Counted from the first letter of the stretch, positions 37,401-47,198 are shown. The stretch: 64,000 nucleotides of DNA from Calditrichales bacterium (GCA_965267575.1 OZ254086.1:1088001-1152000); one strand, 5' to 3'. Notes: generated by a model from the letters alone, not told the origin. Program-made: numbers and translations.

Positions 37401-38500
37401 CAACTGAAAAAGAGAAAAAAGACCATATTGAAATAGCCGTTAAGGATAGCGGTATTGGCATAGCGCCGGAGCAGCAGCAGCGTATTTTCGAAATGTATTT
37501 TCAGGTGGACAATGAAATTAACAAGCGCATCAGCGGAACAGGCATTGGGCTGGCCATGGTTAAGGAGTTGGTGGAAATGCATGAAGGAGAGCTGGCATTA
37601 GAAAGCACGCCCGGCAGGGGTAGCAGATTCAGTATTGTATTGCCCATCATGGAAGCACAAAAGCAAAGCGGAATAGCCGAAGCGTTGGAAGAAAAACCAT
37701 CGCTGAGCGAGAAAGAACAATCAGACATTTCAACAGAACAATCCACACAACCGCGTATTTTGATTGTAGAAGATAACCATCAAATGCTGGATTATATTAA
37801 GAGCCATCTGGAAGAAAAATATAAAACACAAAGCGCTTCCGATGGCCGCAGAGGATTCGAAAAAGCGCTGAAATTTAATCCACAGCTTATCGTAAGTGAT
37901 GTGATGATGCCGGAAATGGACGGCTTTGAGTTTTGCGCCAGACTGAAACAGGATTTCCGTACCAGCCATATCCCGGTTATTCTGCTTACGGCAAAAATCC
38001 AGGAACAGGATATGTATAAAGGACTGGAAACCGGCGCGGATACCTACATCACAAAGCCCTTTAAAGCCCGGGAACTGCTGATTCGAATCGGCAACCTTAT
38101 AGAAAACAGGCAAAGGCTGCACAAAAAGTTTCTTACCGAAAAACATGTTGATTTTGGCGAAATAAATATTACATCCGCGGATCAACGCTTTTTGGAGCAT
38201 TGCCGCCGGGTTGTAGAAACCCACCTTTCCGACGAAGACTTTACAGTTGATGCCTTTGCCAAAGAAGTGGCTTTTAGCCGCGTGCAGCTGCACCGCAAAC
38301 TCAACGCTTTGACCGGTCTTTCCGCTTCGGCATTTATCAAAACGATGCGTCTTAAGAAAGCGGCTATACTTCTTAAATCCGGTTTTGGTAACATTGCACA
38401 GGTAGCTTTCGAAGTGGGTTTCTCCAACCCCTCCCATTTTTCCAGTGCCTTTAAAAAGATGTATGCAATGGCTCCTTCCGATTACGTCCGCAAAGGCTAA
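34388..38500 (+). CDS. Hybrid two-component system (beta-propeller/Y_Y_Y sensor, histidine kinase, receiver, AraC HTH)
   Basis: Repeated ED..G.LWIGT..GL, YAYKLDGF (Y_Y_Y), APPWW, SHEFRTPL, GTGIGL, SDVMMP, VAFEVGFSNPSHFS. Confidence 0.95.
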   Translation: MRLTFLAVLYFIMGSFLNVEAFNDIKIERLPLDDPLKGAFTLDILQDKYGFLWFATDRGLVRYNGYNFHIYKNQVQDTTSLSSNHVLSLFEDNSGSIWAGTLIHGLNRLDRTTGKFIRYVGKRDTSTTNPYELGANQILDIYEDSQNNFWVGTTLGLLRLEKGKYKKFLPDNENPNSISEGPVTCVHEDSRGRLWIGTNSGLNLYDRKQNKFSYFDNASMTRLQKAINCMTEDRKGNLWIGTYDGLIRFNPETKTFKIFRQEPENSQGLNNNVIWDIQEVRSGQLWIGTEGGGVNILNPKTNVFSYVKHDPEDPYSLNSDYVTAIYEDRTGIIWIGTGSMWGRAKGKGFGINKYDPDKKQFHNISINPFYTDSTVYIDAYSVLVDHLGVLWIGTNGQGLISYDESTDEYNRYLHDPSDESTISENGIMGMYEDKAGKLWFGTWNSGLNLFNRETKSFRRYQHDPNDPLSISSNRINEMLEDSKGRFWIATFYGGLNLFDRENDTFRHYVRNPQDPNSISTNQTSRLFEDHFGNLWISTWSGGLNKFNFEENKFVRFMHDPKDPKSISHNIVRTVVEDETYDLWVATAGGLNKFSRSTGTFNCITEKDGLLNNQISGILKDDSGSLWIQARYGISRFNPTTQKIKNYDTNDGLVNSAYLSGPPYKNKAGEMFFPGRSGVDFFHPDSIKDNPHIPPIVITRLTKYNSEVKKNEPLIIDDFSGKKSLFLTYKDRILNFEFAALNYRNPAKNQYAYKLDGFNDSWIQLGTKHDVTFTDLSPGNYTLHVRGSNNDGVWNMEGTSLEIYIAPPWWRTYWAYGLYFAIVLAALLSIRAYELKRQRLKYDLKMEHEQAETLKELDRMKSRFFASISHEFRTPLTLISGPVERLLKKGRADQIKDLKRIQSNAGQMDKLVKMYLELSKLESGKLVLHREKCELISLLKIVLAAFESRAEAENKNLRFKTDLARAMGQVDKDMFALIMNNLLSNAFKFTAENGEIEVSAQLKPGATEKEKKDHIEIAVKDSGIGIAPEQQQRIFEMYFQVDNEINKRISGTGIGLAMVKELVEMHEGELALESTPGRGSRFSIVLPIMEAQKQSGIAEALEEKPSLSEKEQSDISTEQSTQPRILIVEDNHQMLDYIKSHLEEKYKTQSASDGRRGFEKALKFNPQLIVSDVMMPEMDGFEFCARLKQDFRTSHIPVILLTAKIQEQDMYKGLETGADTYITKPFKARELLIRIGNLIENRQRLHKKFLTEKHVDFGEINITSADQRFLEHCRRVVETHLSDEDFTVDAFAKEVAFSRVQLHRKLNALTGLSASAFIKTMRLKKAAILLKSGFGNIAQVAFEVGFSNPSHFSSAFKKMYAMAPSDYVRKG

Positions 38501-38528
38501 ATGTAACCTGTAGAATTGAAAATGTAAC
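38499..38528 (+). promoter_or_regulatory. Putative HTCS operator (AAATGTAAC direct repeat, 21-bp period)
   Basis: AAATGTAAC at 38499 and 38520, upstream of the 38627 gene. Confidence 0.55.
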
Positions 38529-38626
38529 GTATCTGTTAGAGTACACTCCCCAACACCTCCTAAAATTTAATCAAAGGCGCTGTCAAAGTTGACGGCGTCT
38601 GGCTCAAACCAAATTGGGAGGTTGTC

Positions 38627-41209
38627 ATGTTTCAATTCACTAATTATATAATATCCTGTGTTTCCGGGAAAAACGGATATTTTGCCTTTACCCGCAGTAA
38701 ATGGACGCTTTTCTTAGTATTATGCTTTTTTTCCTTTTCTCATTCTCAGAATGTAGAACTGCTTGCACACTTTGATGAACACTCTTTTAGTGACGTATGG
38801 GGATATGATTCTGAAGATGACGGGCATTTTGTGATTGCGGGTGCGACAGAAGGAACATACGTCTACGATGTATCAGATGCGGCTTCGGGAGAAATTACTG
38901 AAATTGCTTTTTTCCCTGGTCCTGGTTCCAGGTGGCGTGATATAAAGACTTACAAAAACTACGCATACGTCGTTAATGATGATGGTGACGGTGAGCTCTT
39001 GATACTTAACATGTCATACATACCTGACAGTGTGATTATTGTTAGCCAGAAAAGCATTAATAATTATCATAACCTTTTTATTGACGAAACAAATGGCCTC
39101 ATGTATTGGGCAGATGATTCACAAGATGGCAAGACAATTATTATGTCATTGGAAGATCCGGAAAATCCTGTATACGTCGGCGAATTTGGAACAGAAACTC
39201 ATGACATATTTGTACGTGGCGGACTGGCATTTACAGCTGAGGGCAGAAAAGGATCCGTTGGTATTTTTGATGTTTCAAAGTCGGATTCTGTGAGCGAAAT
39301 AACCAAGCTACCAATCCCAGATCCAGGATATGTGCACAATACCTGGACAAATTCTGATAACTCAATCTTAATTACAACAGAAGAAACCAGATTCAAAACA
39401 ATTAAAATTTGGGATATAAATGATCTTCAAAATATCGAGCTCTTATCTACTCATATAGGCCCAAGCTTTTTGCCTCATAATGCCCATATTGAAGGTGATT
39501 ATGCATACGTTTCACACTACAGGGCAGGCATGATCGTCATTGACTTAAAAGATCCGCGCAAAAGCGGTATTGTCGGTAGATATGATACCCACTTGGAAAA
39601 TGATGAGCCTCAGTTTGGTGGAAACTGGGGTGTTTATCCGCATAGCTCCTCAGGAAACATCTACCTTAGTGGGGAAAACGGCCTTTTTGTAGTTAAGTTT
39701 AACGGCACAGGTGTTCATCATTTCTCCGGAAATATAATCGATGCAGAAACCAACGAATTTGTTGGAGATGCGCGCATAGATATTAAAGACTTCTGGCATT
39801 CCTTTTACAGCGATTTTAATGGGAATTTCGGTTTCGGATACGGGATTTCAGATTCAATCGAATTTACTATTGGTGCTTTTGGCTACATACAAGAAAACGT
39901 TAAAAAAGAAATTGTAAGCCATACTTACGAAAAACTAAACGTTTCCCTTAAGCCCGCACCGCGCAGTGATCTTAGAGGCATCATAAAAAATATGGAAAAC
40001 CAACCTATTTTAAATGCAAGGGTTAGCATTACCGTCAATGATATTTATTTAGATGATCCGATAACCTATCAAACATTTACTAATGAAAACGGCTTCTATT
40101 TATTCGAAAACCTTCCAGTAAGTGAGGAAAATGTAAGATTTTATACAAACTTCACTGTGGACAGATCATTTCCTTTCGCACCATTAACAATAGATACTTT
40201 AAGTATTCCAGATATCGGGGAAACGGTGGTAGATGTGAGTCTTTCGACCGCGGATGTTTTAGTAATTAACTTAGATTCTTCTAATGATTATAGCACTTTC
40301 GTAACGTCAAGCCTAAAAGAATTAGGCAAAACTGCTACAGTTATTACCGAACAAAGCAGACTCGACTCATTAAGTTCCGGCGACTTAAGCCTGCCCAATG
40401 AAAATTATATCATCGTTATCAGTGGCGACGCGGAAACAGGATTTATCAGTGAAAGCGCATTGGATACCCTTCAAGCTTACGTAGAGAGTGGCGGGAACTT
40501 TATCTTAAGTGGTCAAAACTTTGCCGAATTCCTGAGTACTGCGGATTCTAATTTTCTTAACTGGCTTAACATAGGCTTTGAAGGTAACAGTGATGCAAAA
40601 ATGCTTACCGGACTCCCTTTTACCTCTATCGGAGAAAACGTAAACCGCCTGGGACTTCTATCCACAGAATCTGCTGACAACCAGGAATCACCGGAAATTT
40701 TGAATATTCTTGATAGTGTAAACACAGTACCCATTTTGGAATATCGGGGCTCTGATGGTGAATACGGCGCTGTCGGGACAAAATTTGGTGAAGAACAGGG
40801 ACGCGTGTTTTTTGCCGGCTTTGGTTTGGAAGGCGTCTCAGCAGGAAGTCCGGCTTTCACTAACCGTGCTCAGTTAATTGATTTGATTGAGGATTGGTTT
40901 CAGGAGCCGTTTACAACCATACCTATCGGGGAAACAGGCACCGTAATCAAATTTGAACTTGAACAAAATTTTCCAAATCCCTTCAATCCCTCAACAACAA
41001 TTCGTTATACGCTTGCAAAGCCCGGACACGTGAAAGTAGACATATATACAATCACAGGTAAAAAAGTTGTTCGGTTGTTTGACGGGATGCAACAGGCGGG
41101 CACACACTCTCTGGTTTTTGATGCGTCGGACCTGGCCTCCGGACTCTATTTTTATAATCTCCAAACGCCTCAGTTTAAAGCTACGCAAAAGATGCTATTA
41201 GTACGATAG
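38627..41209 (+). CDS. Secreted LVIVD-repeat/choice-of-anchor B protein with T9SS-like C-terminal domain
   Basis: SDVWGY, WRDIKTY..YAYVV, YHN, HD, HN motifs, SHYRAG, GNWGVYP; QNFPNPFNPST. Start uncertain. Confidence 0.83.
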   Translation: MFQFTNYIISCVSGKNGYFAFTRSKWTLFLVLCFFSFSHSQNVELLAHFDEHSFSDVWGYDSEDDGHFVIAGATEGTYVYDVSDAASGEITEIAFFPGPGSRWRDIKTYKNYAYVVNDDGDGELLILNMSYIPDSVIIVSQKSINNYHNLFIDETNGLMYWADDSQDGKTIIMSLEDPENPVYVGEFGTETHDIFVRGGLAFTAEGRKGSVGIFDVSKSDSVSEITKLPIPDPGYVHNTWTNSDNSILITTEETRFKTIKIWDINDLQNIELLSTHIGPSFLPHNAHIEGDYAYVSHYRAGMIVIDLKDPRKSGIVGRYDTHLENDEPQFGGNWGVYPHSSSGNIYLSGENGLFVVKFNGTGVHHFSGNIIDAETNEFVGDARIDIKDFWHSFYSDFNGNFGFGYGISDSIEFTIGAFGYIQENVKKEIVSHTYEKLNVSLKPAPRSDLRGIIKNMENQPILNARVSITVNDIYLDDPITYQTFTNENGFYLFENLPVSEENVRFYTNFTVDRSFPFAPLTIDTLSIPDIGETVVDVSLSTADVLVINLDSSNDYSTFVTSSLKELGKTATVITEQSRLDSLSSGDLSLPNENYIIVISGDAETGFISESALDTLQAYVESGGNFILSGQNFAEFLSTADSNFLNWLNIGFEGNSDAKMLTGLPFTSIGENVNRLGLLSTESADNQESPEILNILDSVNTVPILEYRGSDGEYGAVGTKFGEEQGRVFFAGFGLEGVSAGSPAFTNRAQLIDLIEDWFQEPFTTIPIGETGTVIKFELEQNFPNPFNPSTTIRYTLAKPGHVKVDIYTITGKKVVRLFDGMQQAGTHSLVFDASDLASGLYFYNLQTPQFKATQKMLLVR

Positions 41210-41245
41210 CATCCCGTAATTATCTGAATCAAGAAGGTGATAAGT

Positions 41246-42628
41246 ATGAGAGTTCTTCTTACTACATTTTTAGCTTCTTTCGTTTCTCTATACAATTGTA
41301 GCGAAAATGAAGACTCTGTTAACGAAGGGGCCATTAGCTATAACACTGTAGACAGCATTATATATTCGAAACATGTAAATCCGTTATTGGTTGAGGCATC
41401 GGCCACTTTAGTACAAAATGGTATATATCCTGAAGGACTTAAAGTGGATACATGGGAAAACCTGATTAGCGGTTTTAGCGGTGGTGAAGTTTTGATACCT
41501 TATGATGCGGAAAATAGTTTGCTTATTGAGTTATTATCGAAAATGGATTTAGGCGACGATGCGCCAGACACTTCTGAAATAAACTTTTTGAAACGCTGGA
41601 TTAATGAAGGCGCGAAAAATGATGCCGGCGAAGTTCCCTATGAAAACAGCAGCGATTTGGTCTATGTCTGCAACCAGGGTGACGCCAGTGTTTCGGTGAT
41701 CGACGCGCAGGCGCAGCTGGTTATCCGGCGCATTGACCTGCAGGAACTGGGCTATTCGGCAAGCGCCAAACCGCACCACATTGCCGTGGAAGCCGATGGC
41801 AGCGCCTGGTACGTCAGCCTGATTGGCGAAAACAGGGTGCTCAAATTCAACCGCGCCAACCAAATGCTAGGATCGGTTGAGACACAGGTGCCCGGACTGC
41901 TCTATATACATCCCATAAGCAGTAAACTTTATGTGGGCCGCTCCATGTCCGCCGTAAACCCGCCTTCGTCCATCGCCGTGGTTAACCGCGATCAGATGAC
42001 GCTAATGACGGAAATCCCGCTGGTGTTTGACAGGCCCCACGCGCTGCTGGCACAATCCAACGGCAAATATCTCTTTTCGGCCAGCCTCGCCGAGAACCGA
42101 ATCGCCATAATCGATGTGGCGACGGATGAAGTGGAAGATTACTTTACCGACAGCGGCGACGCTTTTGTTTATGTGCACTTTTCGGAATCGGCCGACAACG
42201 GCAAACTCTACGCGACGGGTCAGGTAAGCAACAAGCTGCACATTTACAACGTTTCCGCTTCCGGCGAAATCAGCGTTGCCAATACGGTTGATGCGGATAT
42301 GGCGCCGTGGCATCCGCTGACGCTCGCCGATGGCAATGTTGTCTTTGGCAACCAGAAATCCAATACGGTCAGCATCGTTGATCCGGCCATGGCCTCAATC
42401 AGCAAAACAATCAGCGGCAATGGTTTGTCTATGCCTCACGGCAGCGCCATCAGCAACGACGGGCGCTATCTGTTTATCTCCAGTCGCAACATCAACGGCG
42501 GCTATACACCACGCTACCCGTTTGATGTTGCCGCGGAAACGGGTACAGTGGCGGTGATTGACCTGCAGACGCAGAGCCTGGTAAAAGTGCTGGAAATCGG
42601 CGCGCAACCCAGCGGCATGGGAGGTTAA
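41246..42628 (+). CDS. Lipoprotein with a cytochrome-c-like N-domain and YncE/YVTN beta-propeller
   Basis: Signal peptide ending in Cys; LKRWINEGAKND; VYVCNQG..SVSVID, PHH, PHA and PHG repeats. Confidence 0.78.
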   Translation: MRVLLTTFLASFVSLYNCSENEDSVNEGAISYNTVDSIIYSKHVNPLLVEASATLVQNGIYPEGLKVDTWENLISGFSGGEVLIPYDAENSLLIELLSKMDLGDDAPDTSEINFLKRWINEGAKNDAGEVPYENSSDLVYVCNQGDASVSVIDAQAQLVIRRIDLQELGYSASAKPHHIAVEADGSAWYVSLIGENRVLKFNRANQMLGSVETQVPGLLYIHPISSKLYVGRSMSAVNPPSSIAVVNRDQMTLMTEIPLVFDRPHALLAQSNGKYLFSASLAENRIAIIDVATDEVEDYFTDSGDAFVYVHFSESADNGKLYATGQVSNKLHIYNVSASGEISVANTVDADMAPWHPLTLADGNVVFGNQKSNTVSIVDPAMASISKTISGNGLSMPHGSAISNDGRYLFISSRNINGGYTPRYPFDVAAETGTVAVIDLQTQSLVKVLEIGAQPSGMGG

Positions 42629-42863
42629 AGCGATTGCTGTTAAGTCCCTTATTTTCCTTATGACCTAAATTAGTTCTGTTTCAAAACCTCCGGCAGGATC
42701 TGTTGTTTTACATATCTTCTGTTCCCCACCGGGCGTAAAGCGCTCAGATCCTGCCTTTTATTGCCAATAAAGCATTAAAATCTTCTTAAAAAGTAGGTGA
42801 TGCCTATGATTGTGAAAATTTGATTTTGTGAAAACATACTAACTTTAAACTTTGAGGTTAACC

Positions 42864-43190
42864 ATGAAATCCAGTTTAAATTCTTTAATTAAATATTTGT
42901 TTGTATTAATGCTCATAGCCTGATGTATGCAGGATCCATCACCGGTATCATCAGATTCCGCTGAGTCAAATAAAGATTCACAAATTCATGAAGCTCTGAC
43001 TGAACTGGAAGAAACCGCCTCTGAGATCAATAGCAGCATATTAAATAAAAAGTCCGTCAGCGGAATGGTTATTCTACCGGCGGGTTCGGCTGACGGCCTT
43101 AAGAGCGCTGTTGACAAGGCGGGGCCACACGGAATAGTACTTGTCAAATCGGGCCTACACGTAGATACTTCTGTTGATCCATGTTTTTAA
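42864..43190 (+). pseudogene. Lipoprotein gene remnant (in-frame TGA in the lipobox, truncated)
   Basis: GAGG RBS, then MKSSLNSLIKYLFVLMLIA*CMQDPSP..., with TGA at 42921. Confidence 0.65.
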
Positions 43191-43230
43191 AATGATACCC
43201 GGACTTTGATTTAGAACGATTTGAAAAAAT

Positions 43231-43264
43231 AAAAGCCCCGGCTTCTTAACGTCCGGGGCTTATT
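43231..43264. terminator. Terminator-like hairpin
   Basis: AAGCCCCGG-N-CCGGGGCTT. Confidence 0.6.
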
Positions 43265-43400
43265 AATTTGGCGAAGAATGTATTATTTTCCAGCAGGAAG
43301 TATCCTCTTTACTTAGAGTCTCGCAGATACATTCCCATTTCAATTTGTCAGATTATTTTCGTATTATCCCTGCCTCGAATATTAATGGAAATACACTTTC

Positions 43401-44582
43401 ATGAGCACACACGATTACGGATCCGATGTCCACGTTGTGGAACAGGAAGGGCGGCAATTTATTATTGTCGGGACGGCGCATATTTCACAGCAAAGCGCCG
43501 ACCTGGTACGAAAAGTCATAGAACAGGAAAAACCGGACACGGTTTGCGTGGAGCTGGATACACAGCGCTATAAGTCTTTAAAGGAAGAAAGTCGCTGGGA
43601 AAACCTGGATCTGAAAACCGTTATCCGCGAAAAACAGCTTTCCACATTGCTGATTAATTTATTGCTGGGATCGTATCAAAAGCGGCTGGGCAAAAAACTG
43701 GGCGTTAACCCCGGCGTGGAATTGCTGGAGGCAACAAAGGCCGCCGACGAAAATGACATCCCGGTGGAGCTGTGCGACCGTGATGTGCGCATTACTTTAA
43801 AACGCGCCTGGGGCCATCTTTCATTTATGGAAAAAATGGGGCTGCTTTCATCCGGATTGGCCGGTTTGCTGAGTGATGAAGAGATCAGCGAGGAGCGGCT
43901 GGCGGAGATACGACAAAAAGACGTATTGAACGAAATGATGCGTGAGCTGGGTGAAGCCATGCCCAGCCTGAAGCACGTGCTGATCGATGAGCGCGACCAG
44001 TACATCAGCGAGAAGATGAGCCTTGCCGGGGGCAAGAAAATCGTAAGCGTTGTTGGCGCGGGCCACGTGGAAGGAATTCTGAAAACGCTGCAGGACAAAA
44101 GCGAAACCGACATGGAAGCGATCGAACAGATACCGCCGCCAAGTCCATGGCCAAAGGTAATTGGCTGGGCCATACCGGTCGTTATCCTGGCATCCATCGC
44201 TTACATCGGTTTTACGCAGGGCGCGGGGCGCGCGGGAGACAACGCGTTGTTCTGGGTTCTGGCCAATGGTATCCCCAGCGGAATCGGCGTGCTGGCCGCG
44301 CTTGGCCACCCCATCACGGTGATAACGGCCTTTCTTGCCGCACCCTTTACGAGTTTGACACCCCTTATCGGCGCGGGCTATGTGGCTGCTTTTGTTCAAG
44401 CCTACGTGCAACCGCCGCTTGTGAAAGAATTTAAAACCGTTATGGATGACGCGGCTAAAATAGCATCGTGGTGGAAGAACCGCCTGCTTCGTGTTTTTCT
44501 TGTATTCATCCTGGCATCTTTGGGCAGCGTTGTCGGCACATACGTTGGCGCCTACGAGATCATCAGCAATCTCTTCCGCTGA
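43401..44582 (+). CDS. TraB/GumN (PrgY-like) family protein
   Basis: IVGTAHIS, VCVELD..R, PGVEL, DRDVRITLKRAW, LIDERD, VVGAGHVEG; C-terminal TM segments. Confidence 0.9.
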   Translation: MSTHDYGSDVHVVEQEGRQFIIVGTAHISQQSADLVRKVIEQEKPDTVCVELDTQRYKSLKEESRWENLDLKTVIREKQLSTLLINLLLGSYQKRLGKKLGVNPGVELLEATKAADENDIPVELCDRDVRITLKRAWGHLSFMEKMGLLSSGLAGLLSDEEISEERLAEIRQKDVLNEMMRELGEAMPSLKHVLIDERDQYISEKMSLAGGKKIVSVVGAGHVEGILKTLQDKSETDMEAIEQIPPPSPWPKVIGWAIPVVILASIAYIGFTQGAGRAGDNALFWVLANGIPSGIGVLAALGHPITVITAFLAAPFTSLTPLIGAGYVAAFVQAYVQPPLVKEFKTVMDDAAKIASWWKNRLLRVFLVFILASLGSVVGTYVGAYEIISNLFR

Positions 44583-44700
44583 TTTGGCGCTTATAAAGCG
44601 TAAATTATATGACAGAATTTCTGTTCTTCTGTCAGACCTGCGCGACATCGTTCTGCACGCTAAGCAGGCCTCGGTATATTGCAATCACAAAAAAGACCAT

Positions 44701-44760
44701 TAACTTGTTGATTATTAATAACTTAAATGCACGCCCTTTATAAGTGGCACAGAAATTGAT
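44701..44760 (+). promoter_or_regulatory. Putative sigma-54 promoter with IHF site upstream of groES
   Basis: TGGCAC-AGAAA-TTGAT at 44745-44760; 44701-44713 reverse-complements to AATCAACAAGTTA (IHF consensus WATCAANNNNTTR). Confidence 0.5.
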
Positions 44761-44832
44761 AAAAGAAGGAACGTCTTGTTATAAAATTTGGCAGACCTGA
44801 AACAACTAAAAAAATAACAAAGGAGAACAAGA

Positions 44833-45123
44833 ATGAACATCAGACCATTAGGTGATCGTCTGTTGGTAAAACCGGCATCTGAAGAAACCAAGACAGCCGG
44901 TGGAATTATTGTTCCGGACACCGCGAAAGAAAAGCCCATGCGTGGCGAAGTTGTTGCGGCCGGTCCCGGAAAACTGGGCGATGACGGCAAGCGCCAGCCC
45001 ATGGATGTAAAAAAAGGCGATATGGTTATGTACGGCAAGTACGCCGGAACCGAGTTTAAAATGGATAATACCGATTATTTAATACTCTCGCAAAGCGATA
45101 TTTTCGCAATCGTTGAAAAGTAA
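44833..45123 (+). CDS. groES: Co-chaperonin GroES
   Basis: IRPLGDR, TAGGIIVPDTAKEKP..GEVVAAGPG, YGKYAGTE. Confidence 0.98.
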   Translation: MNIRPLGDRLLVKPASEETKTAGGIIVPDTAKEKPMRGEVVAAGPGKLGDDGKRQPMDVKKGDMVMYGKYAGTEFKMDNTDYLILSQSDIFAIVEK

Positions 45124-45156
45124 ACCCCATTCACATAAAAATAAAAGAGGTTGAAA

Positions 45157-46794
45157 ATGGCTAGTAAAGATATACTTTTTGATCAGGAAGCTTTTAATAA
45201 GCTTAAAAAAGGTATCGATGTGCTTGCCCGGACCGTTAAAGTAACATTAGGTCCCAAAGGCAAAAACGTTGTTATCGATAAGAAATTCGGTGCGCCGACC
45301 GTAACTAAAGACGGCGTAACCGTTGCCAAGGAAATTGAACTGGAAGATCCGTTTGAAAACATGGGCGCCCAGATGGTTAAAGAAGTTGCGTCCAAAACAA
45401 GCGATGTGGCCGGTGACGGTACCACAACCGCTACGGTTCTGGCCCAGGCTATTTTTACGCAAGGTCTGAAAAACGTCACCGCCGGTTCCAATCCTACCGA
45501 ACTGAAGCGCGGTATTGATGCTGCTGTTCTTAAAGTTGTTGCGCATCTGCGCAGCATGTCCCGTGAAGTTTCCGGCAAGAAAGAGATTGCCCAGGTGGGT
45601 ACGATTTCTGCCAACAACGACAAAACGATCGGCGAACTGATTGCTGACGCCATGGACAAAGTAGGCAAAGACGGCGTTATCACCGTTGAAGAAGCCAAGT
45701 CCATTGAAACCACCCTCGATGTGGTTGAAGGTATGCAGTTCGACCGCGGTTATGTTTCCCCTTACTTCGTAACAGACAGCGAAACTATGGAAGCTGTTCT
45801 GGACAATCCCAACATTCTCATTTATGACAAAAAGATCAGCGCCATGAAGGACCTGCTGCCGATACTTGAAAAATCGGCCCAGAGCGGCAAGCCTCTCGTA
45901 ATTATCGCTGAAGACATCGAAGGCGAAGCGCTGGCTACACTGGTTGTTAACAAGCTGCGCGGCACATTGAAAGTAGCCGCCGTTAAAGCACCCGGTTTTG
46001 GTGATCGTCGTAAAGCCATGCTGGAAGACATTGCCATCCTGACCGGTGGTCGCGTTATCAGCGAAGAGACCGGCTTCAAGCTGGAAAGCGCTTCTTTGGA
46101 TGATCTGGGTACGGCTGCCCGCATCACGATCGATAAAGAGAATACAACGATCGTTGAAGGCGCCGGCTCCAGCGAAGATATCAAAGGCCGTGTGGCTCAG
46201 ATACGCAGCCAGATTGAAAACACGACCAGCGACTACGACCGCGAAAAACTGCAGGAACGTTTGGCCAAGCTGGCCGGCGGTGTTGCCGTGATCAAAATCG
46301 GTGCCGCTACCGAAGTTGAAATGAAGGAAAAGAAAGCCCGCGTGGAAGATGCTTTGCATGCAACCCGCGCCGCTGTGGAAGAAGGCATCGTTCCGGGTGG
46401 TGGTGTGGCCCTGCTGCGCTGCCTGAGCGTTCTGGAAAACATGGAGCTGGAAGGCGACCAGCAGATTGGTGTTGAGATCGTGCGCCGCGCCCTTGAAGAG
46501 CCGCTGCGTCAGATCGTCGCCAACGCAGGCCTGGAAGGTTCCGTGATCGTACAGAAAGTTAAGGAAGGTAAAGATGATTACGGCTTTAACGCAGCCACCG
46601 AAGAGTTCGAAGGTCTGCTGGAAGCCGGTGTTATCGACCCGACCAAGGTAACACGCAGCGCCCTGGAAAACGCTTCGTCCGTATCCGGCCTGCTGCTGAT
46701 GACCGAAGCGGTTATCGCCGAACATCCGGAAGACGAGCCTGCAACACCTGCGGGTGGCGGTATGCCTCCGGGCGGTATGGGCGGAATGTACTAA
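45157..46794 (+). CDS. groEL: Chaperonin GroEL
   Basis: [40 protein letters not shown] tail. Confidence 0.99.
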   Translation: MASKDILFDQEAFNKLKKGIDVLARTVKVTLGPKGKNVVIDKKFGAPTVTKDGVTVAKEIELEDPFENMGAQMVKEVASKTSDVAGDGTTTATVLAQAIFTQGLKNVTAGSNPTELKRGIDAAVLKVVAHLRSMSREVSGKKEIAQVGTISANNDKTIGELIADAMDKVGKDGVITVEEAKSIETTLDVVEGMQFDRGYVSPYFVTDSETMEAVLDNPNILIYDKKISAMKDLLPILEKSAQSGKPLVIIAEDIEGEALATLVVNKLRGTLKVAAVKAPGFGDRRKAMLEDIAILTGGRVISEETGFKLESASLDDLGTAARITIDKENTTIVEGAGSSEDIKGRVAQIRSQIENTTSDYDREKLQERLAKLAGGVAVIKIGAATEVEMKEKKARVEDALHATRAAVEEGIVPGGGVALLRCLSVLENMELEGDQQIGVEIVRRALEEPLRQIVANAGLEGSVIVQKVKEGKDDYGFNAATEEFEGLLEAGVIDPTKVTRSALENASSVSGLLLMTEAVIAEHPEDEPATPAGGGMPPGGMGGMY

Positions 46795-46813
46795 AATCCA
46801 ACCGCTTAAAAGC

Positions 46814-46844
46814 AAAAAGGCAGTCCATCGGGCTGCCTTTTTTT
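46814..46844 (+). terminator. Intrinsic terminator after groEL
   Basis: AGGCAG-N-CTGCCT followed by a T-run. Confidence 0.85.
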
Positions 46845-47198
46845 GTTTGGGGAAGATTTGGAACTTTCAAATATCAAAATTCAAATAACAAATAAATTTT
46901 AAATACCAAAAAGAATAACGTCAATTGGCATTGTCATCTCGAAGGGCTACTGCCCGAGAGAACCCGCTCGCGTACACCGATCTGTAAAAATCTTCTCTGC
47001 GGAACAACTGACTAGTTTTTCTACCTTTGCAGATCAATTACAATTTTTACCTCGAGTGTACTAGCGGTGAATTCTTTAATCGTTTTGAACAATAGATTCG
47101 TCTACTGGTGAGATGACGTAGTCAGCAGATTTCACCTTGTTCATTTCCATGAAAGACTGAGCATCCACCCGACGTTCCCACAAATATATCCATGTTTT

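Noticed and set aside
43401-44582. Conjugation gene (TraB)
   Set aside because: TraB/GumN family proteins are common chromosomal genes; no T4SS or relaxase is present.
45247-46815. 522-aa minus-strand ORF
   Set aside because: Antisense shadow of groEL caused by codon bias.
47122-47193. MDIFVGTSG micro-ORF resembling a DUF72 N-terminus
   Set aside because: Only about 9 residues of similarity followed by an early stop; too short to support.
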